A stretch of 64,000 nt of DNA, taken from contig NC_059430.1 in NCBI RefSeq assembly GCF_021028975.2, positions 31,062,001 to 31,126,000 on the forward strand, written 5' to 3'. This document shows positions 27,182-41,459 of this stretch, piece by piece. The position numbers were made by a program, and so were the translations under genes. The notes beneath the pieces are model-generated. The model was not told the origin of the DNA. It ran no database searches and was given only the letters and a program-made list of their open reading frames with translations. The stretch comes from Sphaerodactylus townsendi. Its lineage: Eukaryota. The stretch's first letter is position 1; each line of letters begins with the position of its first letter.

Positions 27182-28964
27182 CCCAAGTTGACGGCTCACA
27201 AATGTTGAGGACCTACTGTACATGTGTGAATCTCAGCCCCAACAGCACATGATATTATGGGACCTGGACATATGACTGCCAACAAACAGTGGAAAACATT
27301 AGAATGGTCACTTTGGGTCAGTTAGCAGCTGAGGAGAAAAGCAAGTTATCTTCCTCCCTCTGGTTCCCTCCATTTAATCATGTTTTTTTCATTCAAAACT
27401 GGAGCAGATTGTCAATGAGTTCATCATGCATGTCTACTGGGATAGGGGAGGCCCAAAAGGTGTAAGGGCATGTGCTGTTAGACTGTACCCAAATTTTTTT
27501 GAATGTCTCCCCGGCTTCTCTGCTGCACTCTTCTCCCATGGTGGTGAACCAATGAGGAGGCTGGCTGACCTGGCTCAATTCAGTGGCACCACATTGAGGC
27601 TTAGCAGTCTCCTTATGTGCTCAGGCCCACATAGGGATGCCAGCCACCAGTTGGGACCTGGAGATCCCCTAGAATTCCAGTTCATCTCCAGACTATAGAG
27701 ATTAGCTTCTTGGAGAAAATGGATGCTTTGAAGGGTGGTCTCTATTGGGGGGGCTGGTTCCTGAGGGGTGTGTGTGGGTTTGGGTGCCATTTTGCCCCAA
27801 GTACCATTTTGCCCCCCCCCATCCCTCTATTTCTGGGGCTCGGAAGTTGCAGGGTTCCAGGTGCGAGATGGCAATGGTCATGGCTTGGCAACAGGCCTGT
27901 AGAAAAATGCCCTGTCCCAAAAATAAAGGGCAGTTTGGTTTTTTATGGTATGGAGGTAAATATCATCTCATGACGCTACTATTTAAGGAACAGGACTCTC
28001 CCCAACTTTCAGGTAGTTGGCAAATTTACCTGTACCTGTTGTCACCTTCTAGACTGAGTTTACCACACACCGCAGAGTTCTTCATCAGTCTTCCTTGGAG
28101 CTGCCTAGCAGAAGACATGTGCCCCATCTCCCCTCCAATCAGCCACAGAGACCCACTGCAGCCCTTCTTGAAAGCCATCTTGAAGTGGGGTACAAGTGGA
28201 GAGCACAATTCTTCCCTTGTCATCTGTGCTGTTAGGCAATCGACCTTTACTGTTACATACTCTTCAGTTTTGCCATGAAGCTTCCAAATACTGGATTAAG
28301 GGAAGGGGGACCATAGTTTTTAGTCTGTGCTGCTCTTACAAATTAGTCTGTACAGCTCTTACAACACAATACCTGAATTTTCGGTTTCACGAATTGGTAA
28401 GTGGAGCTGGAAAGAACAGTCCCTGCACAGAGAATTTATGAGCTGTGAGTATCTTTGCAGGTTACATCACACAATGAAAAGTTGATTTGTGGATGCATTT
28501 GCCCTAAGAGGCCATGTCTGAAATTGAACTCACAAATCTCAGTCTTTCACTAAGTATTATGTACTTTTCAATTGCCCCTGTTTACTAGGACAGTCTATTT
28601 TCTAGTTCTTGACTCTGGAAATTATAGTCTCTAATTAGTATCTATATGTGCCTTTTTTGGGGGAGGAGATGGGGAAAAGCATGAAAAATAGCAAATACAC
28701 TAAACACAATAAGTGTGTGTGCTTATATCTGCAAATGGATACAGAAATACAGGGTAATTTACACAGGATCAAATAAAATCAAACAAAATGCTTTAAAATA
28801 TAATTGTGTAGCAAGATTTCACAGAATGAAAATTTTGGATTCTGCAAATGTTTTCCATGGTTTTCTGCTTTTTTATGGCATACTTTTGAGGCCCTTTTCT
28901 TCCCTTTCATTTTTTCCTCCTGCTTTAATAGGATTTGCCTTGTTAAAATTTGATTAGTATAAAC

Positions 28965-29300
28965 TGAAGAAATCGGAAGAAATCTGAAGGAGATTGAAAC
29001 TAGGAAGGGCAGCCATGAAGGAGCTAGAAAAGATCCTTAAGTGTAAGGATGTATCACTAGCAACCAAGATCAAGTTAATCCATGCCACAGTATTTCCTCC
29101 TACTTATGGGTGTGGAAGCTGGACAATGAAGAAAGCTAACAGGAAGAAAATAGATTCCTTTGAAATGCGGCGTTGAAAAAGAGTGTTACAGATACTGTGA
29201 ACTGCAAAAAACAAACGTATCAGTGGTTCTAGAACAAATCAAGCCTGAATTGAACCCAGAAGCTAAAATGACTAAACTGAGACTGTTGTACTTTGGTCAG
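28965..29300 (+). mobile_element. RTE/BovB-like LINE ORF fragment
   Basis: LGRAAMKELEKILKCKDVSLATKIKLIHATVFP..YGCGSWTMKKANRKKIDSFEM..LEQIKPELNPEAKMTKLRLLYFG. Confidence 0.92.
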
Positions 29301-30717
29301 TTCTTAGAGAGGCATGATGTCACTTCCAAGTTTACCCAGGCCAGAAGTAATGTCATGCTGTTGGCCAATGGAACCACTATGTCCCTCCCATTCTCCCTCC
29401 CCCAGTCTTCTGCTGGTTGCCAGCCTGGGCCTTGCACTCCTACCTCTTTAAGATTTTCGCATTGAAAGTGAAACTGACAAGAAATTGACAAGGTCTAGAA
29501 AAGAAATAGACCAAAGTCGGCAGGGGAAAAAAAAGGAGGTTGCGTGAACACCATGAGGAAACAGGAGCCAGGCAAAATGACAGATTGGCTCAGCAAGGAC
29601 TACTTCACAGGGGAGAATTCCTGTGTAAACCCCATGGTGAAGCAAGGAGACCAAATAGCCCCAGTCTCCGATCCTCCTTTTTACCCACAGAGCCACCTGG
29701 AAGCTGGCAACCCTCTCTTGAGAACACGAGCAATTTATTCATTACAAAAGTCAGATTTTTTGAAAAAATGGTGATAGATTATGGTAGTTGTCAGCATTGT
29801 TAAAATAATTACTAAGTAGTATAAAGAAAGCACTATAAAATGTTATTACACAACCACCTTTTAAAAACCAAACAGATACAAGTAAAATGAAGTTGCAATC
29901 ATGCTTATGAATGCATGGGCTTTTTCATTTCTAAGTGAATACATTCTTTCCCCACCCTTCCCTTGAAGGCAGCGATAAAACCTTGCAGCTCTCTCATGAG
30001 CACTTTATCACTCCAACTCCCAGGATCTGCGGTTTTTCCAGAGAAGAACTGAGTCTTTACGAAGCATGCTGGGAATAGTAGTTCCATTGTATATCTTCTG
30101 CTTTCTTAGCCTCAGGTTAGGGCGAGTTTCAAAACACCTGTCCTTCACTAGGGAAGCAGTTCCTTCTTTTTAAAGAAATCCACATTCTTTGCCACTCCTT
30201 TTCAGCGTGCAAGCAATGCACTAACTTCCGAGGAGCAGCTAACCAGGAACTTGTGGACAAAGCATGCTAGAGCTTTAAGGTAAGGAGTTTTTGGACTTTT
30301 AATGAGCCAAGCATTTGTGAACCTTCTGGCCAGGAGCCTATGGATCAATGAGATGTCAGTTTAACCGTTTTTAATAGGAGTGGGTGAATGGCTGGAGGAC
30401 ATGGGAAAGGCAGTGTGTTTTCAGGAGCTGGGGAGAAGGTTCCACCCACTTTTAAACAAATAACAGTTAGGAAAAGTGTATGTTTTGTTCAAAAACTAAA
30501 GCTGCTATTGCTGCAGTTTTGCCTAGAGAATGTATGATTTTGCTGTTCTTGCTGTTATTCTTTTTATTATATCGTCCCTGGTTCCCATATTGTTGATTTA
30601 TTGTCCCAAATGAAAGCGGAGTGTTGCAAGAGCAGCTTCTTTTACCCCCAGTTGGATATTGTAGGGCTGAGCTGAGACAAACTGCCAGTATTTTAAGATG
30701 AGGTAGACTAGGACAAC

Positions 30718-30925
30718 CAAGGTTGCTAGCTACAGGTTAGGAAATACCTGGGGATTTGGGGGCGGAGCCTGGGGAGGCTGAGGTTTCGGAAAGGAGGGAC
30801 TTCAGTGAGGCTTAATGTCATAGAGTCCACCTTCCAAGGCAAACATTTTCTTCATGTGAACTGATTTCTGTTATCTGGGAGATATTGGGAGATCTCCAGC
30901 TACTACCTGGAGGGTGGCAACCATA
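30718..30925. mobile_element. TAGGGTTGCC-TIR MITE family copy
   Basis: GGTTGCTAG...TGGCAACC ends; body GAGTCCACCTTCCAA shared with about ten other copies in the window. Confidence 0.7.
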
Positions 30926-32839
30926 GGGATAACTCGGGGGCAAGCTAAGTGGCCTCCACAATGTGGGTAGCACCGTGGACAACTCTGTTTTGACCTGCTT
31001 AGGGTGATAATAACGATGGGTGTAAGCATCCAGTGAGCTTACTAGGGTTACCAACCTCCAGGTGGTGGCTGGAAATCTTCCAATACCACAATTGATTGGG
31101 ATGGGCATTCAGTAAACTCTAATCAGAACCCATCCAAGGGTTTTTCACCCCTCAAAAAAGGTGGCAAAGAAATGTGCCCCAAAATTGGATCCTGAAAAGA
31201 ATAACGAATGGCTAGAAATATCTTAATCCTGCCTTTTAAGTGTAGTTGTACTATATCTGTTCACAATTCCGTGTACAATAGAATGGTCAAAAATTTTTAA
31301 TCTATGTTATATTTTTATAAATGAAGTGTGATCTTAGAATGTAAAACTACTCATAGACGGCATGTACAACTCTTTTAAATTTAATAACGGTCTATATTCA
31401 CGCTTTATAAAGGTCTATTGTGATTGTGAGGATCCTGAAAAATGCCATTTTCCCAATTTTTTGAGCCCATTTAGTTCAGTGCCATAAAAAACCACCTTTC
31501 CCGCCCTTACCTGCAGCCTAGCTGGGTCCAGCATTGAACTGTCCATGCCACCTCCAAAGTCCATGTGGATTTTGGAGCCTTCAGTTCAACACTGGCCCTG
31601 GTCAAGCTGAGCCTGAGGTTCAATGCGAGGCTCTGTCTGACCAGGTCCAGCCAAACTGCGGGCTTTGGAGGTAGAGCTTGCAGTTTAAAACTGGGTCCAG
31701 CCTGCAGTTATACACTGGGCTCAGCTCTGCCTGGCTGGGCTGGGCCCAGCTTTCAACTCTGCACCTGCTTTTAAGACTCCTCGTGGGTCTCAGAGGCAGC
31801 AGGCAACGTGGGTTCAGCTCTGCACCACCTGCTGCCTTCCAGACCAAAAAGGAGTGATGGTAGAATAACCCTTTTCCCCCTTCCCAACATAAGCCCAATC
31901 CAAACTGTTCCTAAGCAGCTGTTAATTTTCCTTTAAAAGACCATCATAGGTCTAAAATCTCCACCATGCCTTGTTTGACCTGAAGGTTGCCCATTTGTCT
32001 TTCAAAATTTAAGTGTTTGCTGCAAAGTGCTGCTGCAAAGATGGATATCCATGTGGAAAGCATATTTGGCATGCACTCAGAATAAACAGTTAACAATGTA
32101 GTTTGTAGAAAGGTAAAGTTGTCAAACTATTTCCTAGGAAACTTTTCTTGGGGAAAAACGAGATACAAATGAATAAAAAATAAACAGCTCCGCTGCGCTC
32201 ATTAACTCTTCCTTTTGGCATTGACAAGGAAAATTAGAGAAGGAACAGGCCTGTACAGGTCTGTGGTATGCCTTGAAAGTTCTCTAGAGCAGGAAGAAGA
32301 AAAAGTCACAGTGAAAATAAGGACCTTGCTAATGGTAGCTAATAAAGTTGACAGCGTATCCCCCTCCCCACCTTCCCCTTCGGCAGGGGTCATGTTTCTT
32401 TAGTAACTGTCTGGGAGGCAGAAATTTAGCAGGTTTTCCTATCGCTACATCTCCATCATGCTAGCTGCAGGTCAGGCAGAATTAAAAAATAAAATAAAAG
32501 GGAAGGAGGTTGGTTGCAATCCTAGAAGTTTATTCAAACGTTTGTGGAAAATTGCAGGTTTTTTTAAACAGTAGACAATGACATCAAGCACAAGCGGAAC
32601 TGCTGAAAAGAGAATATGAATAATAAGAAGATTCAGAAGCAGCTCCGAGCATTGCTAGGGTTATCAACCATTCGGGTTAGGGAATTTCTGGGCATTTGAG
32701 GGTGGAGCCTAGGGAGAGTCCAGATTGGGGTGGGATGGGCACTCAGGAAGGATACGGTACCCTAGAGTCCACCCTATGAAGCTGCCATTTTCGCCAGGGG
32801 AAGTCTTGAGATCAGTTGTAATTTTGGCAGAATCTGGAG

Positions 32840-33530
32840 GCGAGAGCTTTGCGGTTGGTGGGGGCAGGCCATTGGAGGACTGCATCAATTTTAGCAGGAT
32901 CCATTTTTAAGCCCTCGGGCGAGATCCGGTAACCCAAATAGTCAATGGAGGTCTGATGAAAACAGCATTTGGAGAGTTTGGCAAAGAGAGAGTTGTCAAG
33001 CAAGCGTTTCAATACCTCTCGGACCAACATTTCATGCTCTTCTATAGTTTGCGAGTAAATTAAAACGTCATCTAAATATACAACAACTCCCTTGTACAGT
33101 AAATCATGGAGAACCTCGTTGATAAGGGCCATGAAAGCTCCGGGGGCCCCACTTAACCCGAATGGCATTATTAAATATTCAAACTGTCCAAACTTTGTAT
33201 TAAACGCAGTCAGGTGTTCATATCCTTCAGCAATTCTGACTCTGTAGTAAGCTTCTCTCAAGTCTAATTTAGTAAAAATCGTCCTTTGCCGGAGTGCATC
33301 TAAAGGGTCCTTGATCAAAGGCAAAGGATATTTATTGGACAGGGAGGCCGCATTGAGACCCTCGATAATCTGTGCAAAGCCCGGTAAGACCCATCTTTCT
33401 TTTTTGACAAACAAAGCGGGGAGCAGCGTGTGTGTGTTTGAAGTAGCCCGTGCATTAATGAAACCGTTGAGCAAGGTTCTTGCTTGTCTAAGAAAGCCTG
33501 CAGTTCCTTCTCCTCATTGGGACTCATGCG
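32840..33530 (-). pseudogene. pol: Gypsy reverse transcriptase domain, frameshifted at its N-terminus
   Basis: YPLPLI, FTKLDLREAYYRVRI, TAFNTKFGQFEYLIMPFGL, VVYLDDVLIYS, KLSKCCF, YLGYRIS. Confidence 0.95.
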
Positions 33531-36460
33531 GTAGATTCTACCCTTGGGCAGTTAAGCCCCTGGTTTATTATGACAATTTTACAGTCCAGTGTCTCTGTGG
33601 GGGGTGGCAATGGTGATAGCATTCCTGCTCCTGAAAAACTCTGGCTAGATCCTGATATGCAGGTGGGATGTCCAATAGAGATCGGGGAGCAACGTCACTG
33701 AGGAAGCCAGAGTGTAATCAGGAGGCCGTTGGATTTTCTTCCCAATTCATGTGTTCACCATGCAGGGAGGGGTCCAGTGAATTCTAGGATCCTTTCTTTC
33801 CAAATGAATTTTTGGTTCATGTAACAACAACCAAGGCATGCCCAAAACTATGGAGTGTTTGGCCACTGGTGCTAAAATGAAACTAATTTTCTCCCTAATG
33901 AGTGAGCGCGGAGGGAGGAACCGGCTGTGTTTTGAAATGGGCCGGTCCTTCGTTTCCGAGGGGCTGCCGTCCATTTGGAGTGAATGGTATGGGCTTAGCC
34001 AGGGGAATTGGTCCAGACCTAGCTCCTCTGCCACCTGGGGCCGCATTAAGCAGATGGGAGCAGGCCGGAGATCCCACAAGGGAGCCGAGGGCTATAATCT
34101 CACGAGCGAGTGTGTTTAAGCGGGGTTGGCCAGAAATGCTTGAACAGTAATGGGGCCGCTGCCTTCACTCACGCAGCGTCAGAGAGTGGGGCCCATGTCC
34201 ATGGGGGCTGAAGAGAAAAGAGACAGACTTAGCTACTTCCCCTCCTCTGGGTGCCTTCGGTCACCGCTTTAGGCAGAGCCAGTGGGAGGCGGACCCTGAC
34301 CTGCGTGGTGTTAGTTTGGCAGGCCAGTGCAGCGGAGCTGGAAGCGGTTGGTTTTTTGCTTCTTGGGACAGTTGGCGGACTAGATGACCTGGCCCTCCGC
34401 TTGAGTAAAGACACAACCCAAGTTAAGTGACGGCGTTCCCAGAGGTAGTTTCGGTAGACAAAGCGGACTGGAAGCTTGACTTGGTGAAGTAGCGGTAGTG
34501 GTTTTCGGTAGGCGGACCTCGCTTGAAAGCGAGCGTATTCCTAAGCGAGGCGCCACTTGAGACCCCAACTGGATCCAATCTGCAATGAGTACGAGGAACC
34601 AGGTTAAAAACCTACAGTTTCACGTAGCTTGCTATCCCACAGCATCCGAGAGGTATTAGCATCTCATGCGTTCCAGGCCCACTCAGGAGGAAGTCGAGCA
34701 GCCGCGCGCTTGCAAATTCACGCAGGGACAGAATTCTGCAAAGCGGGTAGTTTGCCTTGCTGGATGGTTTTGATGGTCGCGGATGAAAAAGCTTCATTCT
34801 CGAGCGCCTGGATCTTCAGCTGGCAGCTCTCAAAGCTCTGGAGGAATCGGGAGCACAATGCAGAAGTCCCTCATCCTGCAAATCCAAAACAGTCGCGAAC
34901 CAGTTCGGCTGCCGCCCCATCTAGGACTGGGGCCGATGTCCCGTATTTTTGGCGTTCAGACCGGTAGAGATCATCACTAGTCTTCCAAGTGGGCATTGAG
35001 TTGCAAGATGATAGAGTAGGAAGTTTGGAGAGGCGGTCCCCATCAAAAAAGCGGAGCTGAGTACTCGGGGGGGGCGAAAGTAGCCCGTTCGGCTGACTCT
35101 TAAAGCCTGCTGGGGAGGTGGTTCGCGCTGGCTGAGCAGGTTGGGCAGGAAGTGGCTGTTGTACAGGGGCTGGAATCGGGCGCTGGCGGTGCAGCTGGCA
35201 TTTTGGGTGGCAGGACCCAGATGCATTGGCCCCTGGCACCGGCATGATCCCGGTAACAGCATAGGTTCCAACTTGGCGGCCCTCTGGTCTGCTGCCTCGC
35301 TTAGTTCCCTCTCAAAAGCAGCCAACTCCCTCTCCTTTGCGAGGCCAATGCATCTTGGATGCGCATGCAAAGCAGCTTTCACCAGCCCTAAATTTAAGCA
35401 GATTCGGTCCCGTTTAAGGGCTTCAGTGGAGTTCACTTTGCGTGCGCCATGAGTACCTGAAGCGGCTTTTGGCGTTTGCCGTTGTAAATCAGTCTATGGA
35501 CTGTTTCCAGGACTTTATCATGGACTGACAGATTCTGGGCGTATTGCCGTTGGAAGCCGATCTTTGGCGCGGTCCAACTTCGAATTCTGAACTTCACTGC
35601 GTTGCTGTTCCGGTCCCTCTGCAGGGGTTTGGCGCTCTTGCTGCAACTGTGCCGTTCCTCCCTCCCCACGCATGGCTGGCGTTCACGGTTCCATGCAGCC
35701 GGCATCTCGAAATCGCCCTACTTCCTCATCCCAGTCTTCTACCGATGGGAGAGGAAACCGGTCCGGACTGGGAATGCAGGCTTTCTTCAGACTCACCGTC
35801 ATCCAGGAAGCGAAGCCCCTCCGGAACACCGTAGCCGCCCGTAGCCACCCGAGGTGGCTCCCCGAGAGCACCCTCGGAAGGTCGCGGTCGCCAGGACCGG
35901 GATGGGGAAGTCCCGATTGGGAAGCCCAGTGCGGATACCCCTCCCAATTCCAGGTTGAGTCCCGGTGTCCTTTGGGCGGGCCCCAGTGCACTGTGCCACG
36001 GTGGTTCCTTGGGAGCATCCACCAAAATACGAGTCAGGAATCGTTCAATGGATTCCTGGGTTGCCGCATGAAAGGTTGGTCAGGCCCGTCTCCTCGCATG
36101 ACAGGTTGCATCTGAGGGTTTGTAATCCACCACGAGGAAACGGGTAGAGATCCGTTCCTGGCGCTCTGATCCATGGACGAAGCGCCCCAAGCGACTCATG
36201 GAAGTCCCCGAAATACGTGCGATGCGTCCGTCCCTACGTTCCATGGAGTTAAAGGAAGACTCGTGCTATTGTCACTGAGGGCGGAAAAGAGACCACCATA
36301 GCCGAGGCCGTTCTCCTGCGGTTTCTCTAGATCCAGAAGGGAAAGGTCAGACCCTCTTTGGGAGGCTACCGCACCTTCCGCAGATAACATTCAACCTCTC
36401 CATCGCAAGACAAGAGGTCCACTGCACAAGAATATAGATGAATTAGGTTTCCTGCCACAA

Positions 36461-36745
36461 TGTAAGGAATTCCATAGACGCAGAAATAAAAGGCTTTGGT
36501 AATGAAAGTCCATTTATTAAGACATCTTAGAAAGCTCAAGTACACGCAGTGGCAGGAATGACACTTCCCGCCAGAAGCACAGGTTATAATACCATTCACC
36601 CCATCCCCCCTTCCTGATTCCCATGGGAACGGAGACTTCATCTCCCGCGCAAAGATAAAGTCTCCGCCGATGCATCTGGCCCATCGCCCGGGCTGTGGAA
36701 TGCACTCAAGGTTACTTCACCATCAACACCATTGAATCCTTTACA
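36461..36745 (-). repeat. 5' LTR of the gypsy element
   Basis: TG..CA with inverted termini TGTAAGGA / TCCTTTACA; minus-strand AATAAA near 36512; PBS-like TTGTGGCAG immediately inside. Confidence 0.75.
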
Positions 36746-39700
36746 GCTGGCAAATATGCCAAGTTTATGCTCGATGTACTTCATGCTCTGACACTAAAGG
36801 AACTGTCAGTATTAGCCTTAGGTTGATCCAGCAGAATTTCGTTAGGTGCACACCTGTGAGGGTGTGTCTTTTCAGTGGCTACAGCCCTCTTGTGGAATAA
36901 TCTTCCAGATGAGGTATAGAGGTCCTTCAGCCATCTTTTGCAAAGTTTGCAGATTTTTTTTAAATGCCAGAGACCTTTTTTAGATGGAAGATTTGGCTGC
37001 TGGCTGGGGTTTCACATTTGTTTGGTTTTATTTTGCTCCATTTTATTGCCCGCTAAGCAATTAGCTTTGTTTCCTTTTTCAAAGAAATGTTCCTTTAAAA
37101 ATACCACTTTATAGCTTCCCTTTAACTCATCTTTCTTTCATGAATTTGTTATAAGTGGTCGTACGGTGCCATCTGAAACAGAGTTACACCCTTCTAAACT
37201 TGTTGATTTCAATTACCTTGGAAGTGTGTAACTCTGCTTAGAATGTTCGTGCAAAATGTTTTTTAAATGTGAATCTGCTAATTTACTTTTTCTGGTACTC
37301 AATTGAACCAGTTTCTGCTCCTGTTTATGTTTAAGGATAAAAGCTTTTTGTACAGGAATTTCTCTCACTATGTTCATAAGCATCCCAGATAATTGAGATT
37401 TGGACAGTACTGTTCCAAAATAAAGGTAGATATTATACATTTTATTTTTGACAAAACATTTTCATCCTTCAACAGCAAACTATACAGAACTTGACAGAAC
37501 TCCTAGCCAAAAAGCAACTAATGCAGTGATATAATTCCATGGTTCTCTGTACAAAAAATAATCTGAGTCACAAAAGCACAACTTGAGTGAAAATCATGAG
37601 TGATTAAGAAGTACATGTAACCTTCAATGCCTGGATTATGTCTCCAAATATCTATAAATTTCCAGTCTGCAATAAATTATTTAGGAAGAGATGCCATTTG
37701 ACTTAATTTAGAGGGCTGATCAAAGGTTAGAAGTGAAGGTAAGGATGAAAAAGTTTCCTCTTCAGCATCGTTTAACCCAAGCAATATTAGAGTTATATTT
37801 ATTAAGGAATTAAAATAATCCAAGAACAGAAAGGGGAAAGGAGTGAAAATAAAGGAAAATGAAACAAAAGTAGTGATGAGAAATCAGAAATCAGGTATTG
37901 ATGTTAAATATTTGAACTGTATCAGAGAAGCTGGGCTACCCCATCCTTTAGGCACACCTAAATATTTGCATAGGGCGTCCGAGGTGGAGGGGCGTCAAAA
38001 CTAGCTCTGTCACTGCTGTGGCAGGTGGCAGCCCTGGCTCCAGTGAGCCTGCTCCATCCCTTCTTCCCTCCTCTGACAGGGCAGGGACCAGACTTCTTTA
38101 TACTTCTTTCCAGGGCCAGTTTTGCCTTCCAAACCATCACTGTTGAGAAGCAAGGAGGCAGGAAGGAAGAGGAGGAGGAAGTTTCCCTATGGTGTAGGAG
38201 GGCAGTGAAGTCATTCAACTGTGGCACCAAAGATTTTTGGGCCAGCCCTGCGGAGAATAAGGCGAAAGAATTAGGAAGCAAATTGTAAGATGTATGTAGC
38301 AGAACAGGCCTGCTTTGACCTGTTCCATGAAAGTGTTGTTATTCCTTTTTTAATTTTGTCTGTTGAAAATGCAAAGCTATGAAGCTGAGGGTAGCCATGA
38401 TGGGGCATTTGTGAGGCGACAGGGCAGATTCTTGCATTTATTAACATTATACTTTTATTGATTATATAGTTAATTTTAAGAAGGATCGGTGGTGAGGAAT
38501 TCTTTCCAGTGTTAAAGTGTTGTACTGTACTGAAGAAAAAGGAGCGGGAGGTATTGGGTTGGGCCACTCAGGTCTTCTGCAGAAAGTCACTGCCAATCAT
38601 AATTCTTCTGTCATCTGAGGGTGGGAACCAATAGAAACAAAGGAGACAGGAAGCAATGGAGCACGGGCAACAATTATCAGCCAATCAGATCACTGGAAAA
38701 TCAGTCATGGCTGTGACGATTCCTGTCTTTGTGGCTTCAAAGCTATGCATGCGTGGTAAAAAAAATTAAAATTAAAAAGTGTTTGGTCTGTGTGGAAAAG
38801 ACCACTGTTATTGTTCCTAAGAGGTGGTATCTAGAACTAGATGCAAAATTCTGGACACCCAAGGATAGCAATTGGGAAAATGGTGCTTCCTCCATCCAAA
38901 AAATCTGTGCGTATGCATCTAGTCTGAAGCCAGTGTTTGACGGCAAAACATGGCGCCAATCATGATTGCTGTGCTAACACAAAGAAAATGATACTACACA
39001 CATTGCAACTATCTGGTAAGCAGCAGTCCCTAGACTAGAGTCAAGATACGTTATCACTGGTAGCAGAAACAGGAACAGAAGATGATGTGGGATCAAATTT
39101 TGCTTGCCTGGTACAAAGCAATCTATGAGATCTAAAAACACAGCAGCAATGCTAAGAATTGACATGGTGCTTATCATGTTCAAAAATACTTTTACAGATC
39201 TGACAGCTTGGGCACCTTAATTATTGTCAATATTAAGTAGGCAGCAGTCATGAAATGAGGTTTGTGTGGGTAGGAGCAACTTGGAAGGAACTTGAATAGA
39301 TGTGGGTACATTCACCTATAAAATGATAGTGTTGGAAGGTGTTTTACTTCTTTTGCATTTGCAAACAAAATCTGTCCTTTTGATCAATACCACCTCCTCC
39401 ACACACTTCTAACACTATTAAATATCGAGACAAGAAAGATAACTTGGCTGCGAGCATCTGAAATGGAATCAGGCTAGATCTTTGGCATATAAAGTTGGAT
39501 TTGGTGCTGTATATCGGGGCTTTGATGCCTTACAATAGTACCCGCATATTAGTGTGGCATTATGCAATCTGTGACTTAAAATCCATCTCTAGATTGTCAG
39601 TATCGAGGGCCCCTTTCAATCTGCCCGTATAATCTGTGTGAGCAAATGGTTGCTAATTTTTTTTTGCGTCATTTCAGACACAACTGATTTGGCTCCTGGC

Positions 39701-39794
39701 TGCTAATGGATTTGAAAAAAAACTTTCAGAAAAAGCAGCTTGTGTCAAGGTGGCATTCTGAGGCTCAGGATCACCAAGGTCTCAAAGCAAAAGT

Positions 39795-40412
39795 ATTTAT
39801 CTGGTGAACTGGATTTGTTTCCCTGCTCCCACACATGAAGCCTGCTGGGAGACCTTGGGCTAATCACAGTGCTTAAGAATTCTCTCAGCCCCACCTACAT
39901 CACAAAGGCTGTTTCTGTACGGCCACTCTGGGGGTCGGGTCAGCGTACATGATGCCTACCCAACCCCCCTGGACCGTTCGTACGATGGACCTACCTTCCC
40001 TGCCACCGTCCGGCGCGTCGCCGAGGCCAGGGGACACGCCCCCCTGCCCTGCGCGACCGCTCCGGAGTCTCAGGGCGGGGGGGGCGTGTCCCCAGGCCTC
40101 GGTGACGCACCGGACGGTCACAGGGAAGGTAGGTCAATTGGGAAAGGGGGGAGGGATGGCGCCTTCCAGTGGTTGGGGAGCGGCTTCGTGCCGCTGGGGA
40201 GGAGCGAGGGCAGTGCGGCTGGGAAGCAGCTGCGCCCCCCTTGCGAACAGCTCCCTGTGGACGGCGTTTTTGCCGTCCCCAGGGCGCTGTATTTGGCTCA
40301 TGCGGAAAGGGCCAAAGTGTCTGTTGTGGGGAAAGGAAGGGAAGGAGTTTATAAACCACTCTGAGTGTCCTTACAGGAGAGAAAAGCAAGGTATAAATCC
40401 AAACTCTTCTTT
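39795..40412 (+). mobile_element. tRNA-derived SINE split by a Harbinger MITE
   Basis: SINE body ..CCCCACCTACATCAC resumes as GTGTCTGTTGTGGGG after the insert. Confidence 0.85.
39907..40313. mobile_element. GC-rich Harbinger-type MITE
   Basis: TIRs GGCTGTTTCTGTACGG / CATGCGGAAAGGGCC; exact TSD AAA. Confidence 0.88.
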
Positions 40413-40790
40413 TTGCTTCATCTGGAGATCAACTTTAATAGTGAGAGATATCTAGGTGACACCTTGAGACAGGCAACCCCAGACCCTTTACATGCCAAGT
40501 GTGTGCTCTGTACTAAACCATGACCACCACCCCCAAATATCCCTGCATAAAAGTAACACTCCCAGTTCTGCATAGCCCTCTCTTTGATGCACTACCATAT
40601 TACATGCATAACATTTCTCCAAAATAACCAACTTATGAGGGCCAAAGCATTGCTGCACCTGGAGTATCAATTTTATGAATTTTTATGAAGGAATTTTGTT
40701 ACCATTCTTAAGTATGCAGCATTTAAAAAAAATCTAACCGTGCCCCATTCTGCACTGGTATGGTCAGATTGCAGCATGTAAAAAGCTGCA

Positions 40791-40976
40791 GTAGAAGAGC
40801 AAGATTTGAGTCCAATAGCTCCTTAAAGATCAATGAGATTTCCAGGGTATAAGCTTTCAAGAATCAACGCTCCCTTTGTCAAATAGGAATGGAGGCAGCT
40901 GTTACTCTCAAAAGCTTACACTCTGGAAATCTTTTTTTGGTTTTTAAGGTTTTATTGGACTCAAATCTTGCTCTGC
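40791..40976. mobile_element. Inverted pLTR pair of a second Penelope-like family (Neptune-type)
   Basis: AGAGCAAGATTTGAGTCCAATA...AAGCTT and its reverse complement around a short spacer. Confidence 0.65.
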
Positions 40977-41459
40977 CTCTCTAAATGGAGAACAGCAAGA
41001 TTGTTAAAGATGATCCTCCCAGTAATATTTTTTAAGTGAGAGAGTGGGTGTGGAGAATTTCTGAATGCAGCAGGGAATAGTGACATTTTCCAGATGCCCT
41101 AAAATAAACAGGAGACCTGTTCACAATGACAATTTGTTGGGTAAAACTTAGAGCAGCACCAGGTGACTGCAAAGTGAAATGAATTCTGTTTTTTTCTGGC
41201 TTTGCTCATTGATGCAACAAATATATATTTTTTAAATTGTTAAAGCAGGAACAGAATGCAACTTAACTACAAAGACACACTAAGAGAGACCATATTTAAC
41301 AACAACTTGTTCACATACCTGTTGCATAAAGGAGTGGTTTTCAAAATGCTGTAGAAATTTATCTTAGTTTCAAAGAATGATGGGACAAATAATTTTGAAT
41401 CTCCTAAGCACTAGAATAGCAAAGCTCAGTATTTGTAACACAAATGGTACAGTAGCTAG

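Larger units (their letters stand above)
32840..36745 (-). mobile_element. Ty3/gypsy LTR retrotransposon (Sushi/chromovirus-like), 3'-truncated
   Basis: 5' LTR, gag (FDGD..KL..LDGAAA), degraded CCHC knuckle near 34.4 kb, protease near 34.05 kb (LMRPQVAEELGL, QMDGSP, IVLGMPWL) and RT. Stops at PAPTNRKAL with no RNase H, integrase or 3' LTR. Confidence 0.93.
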
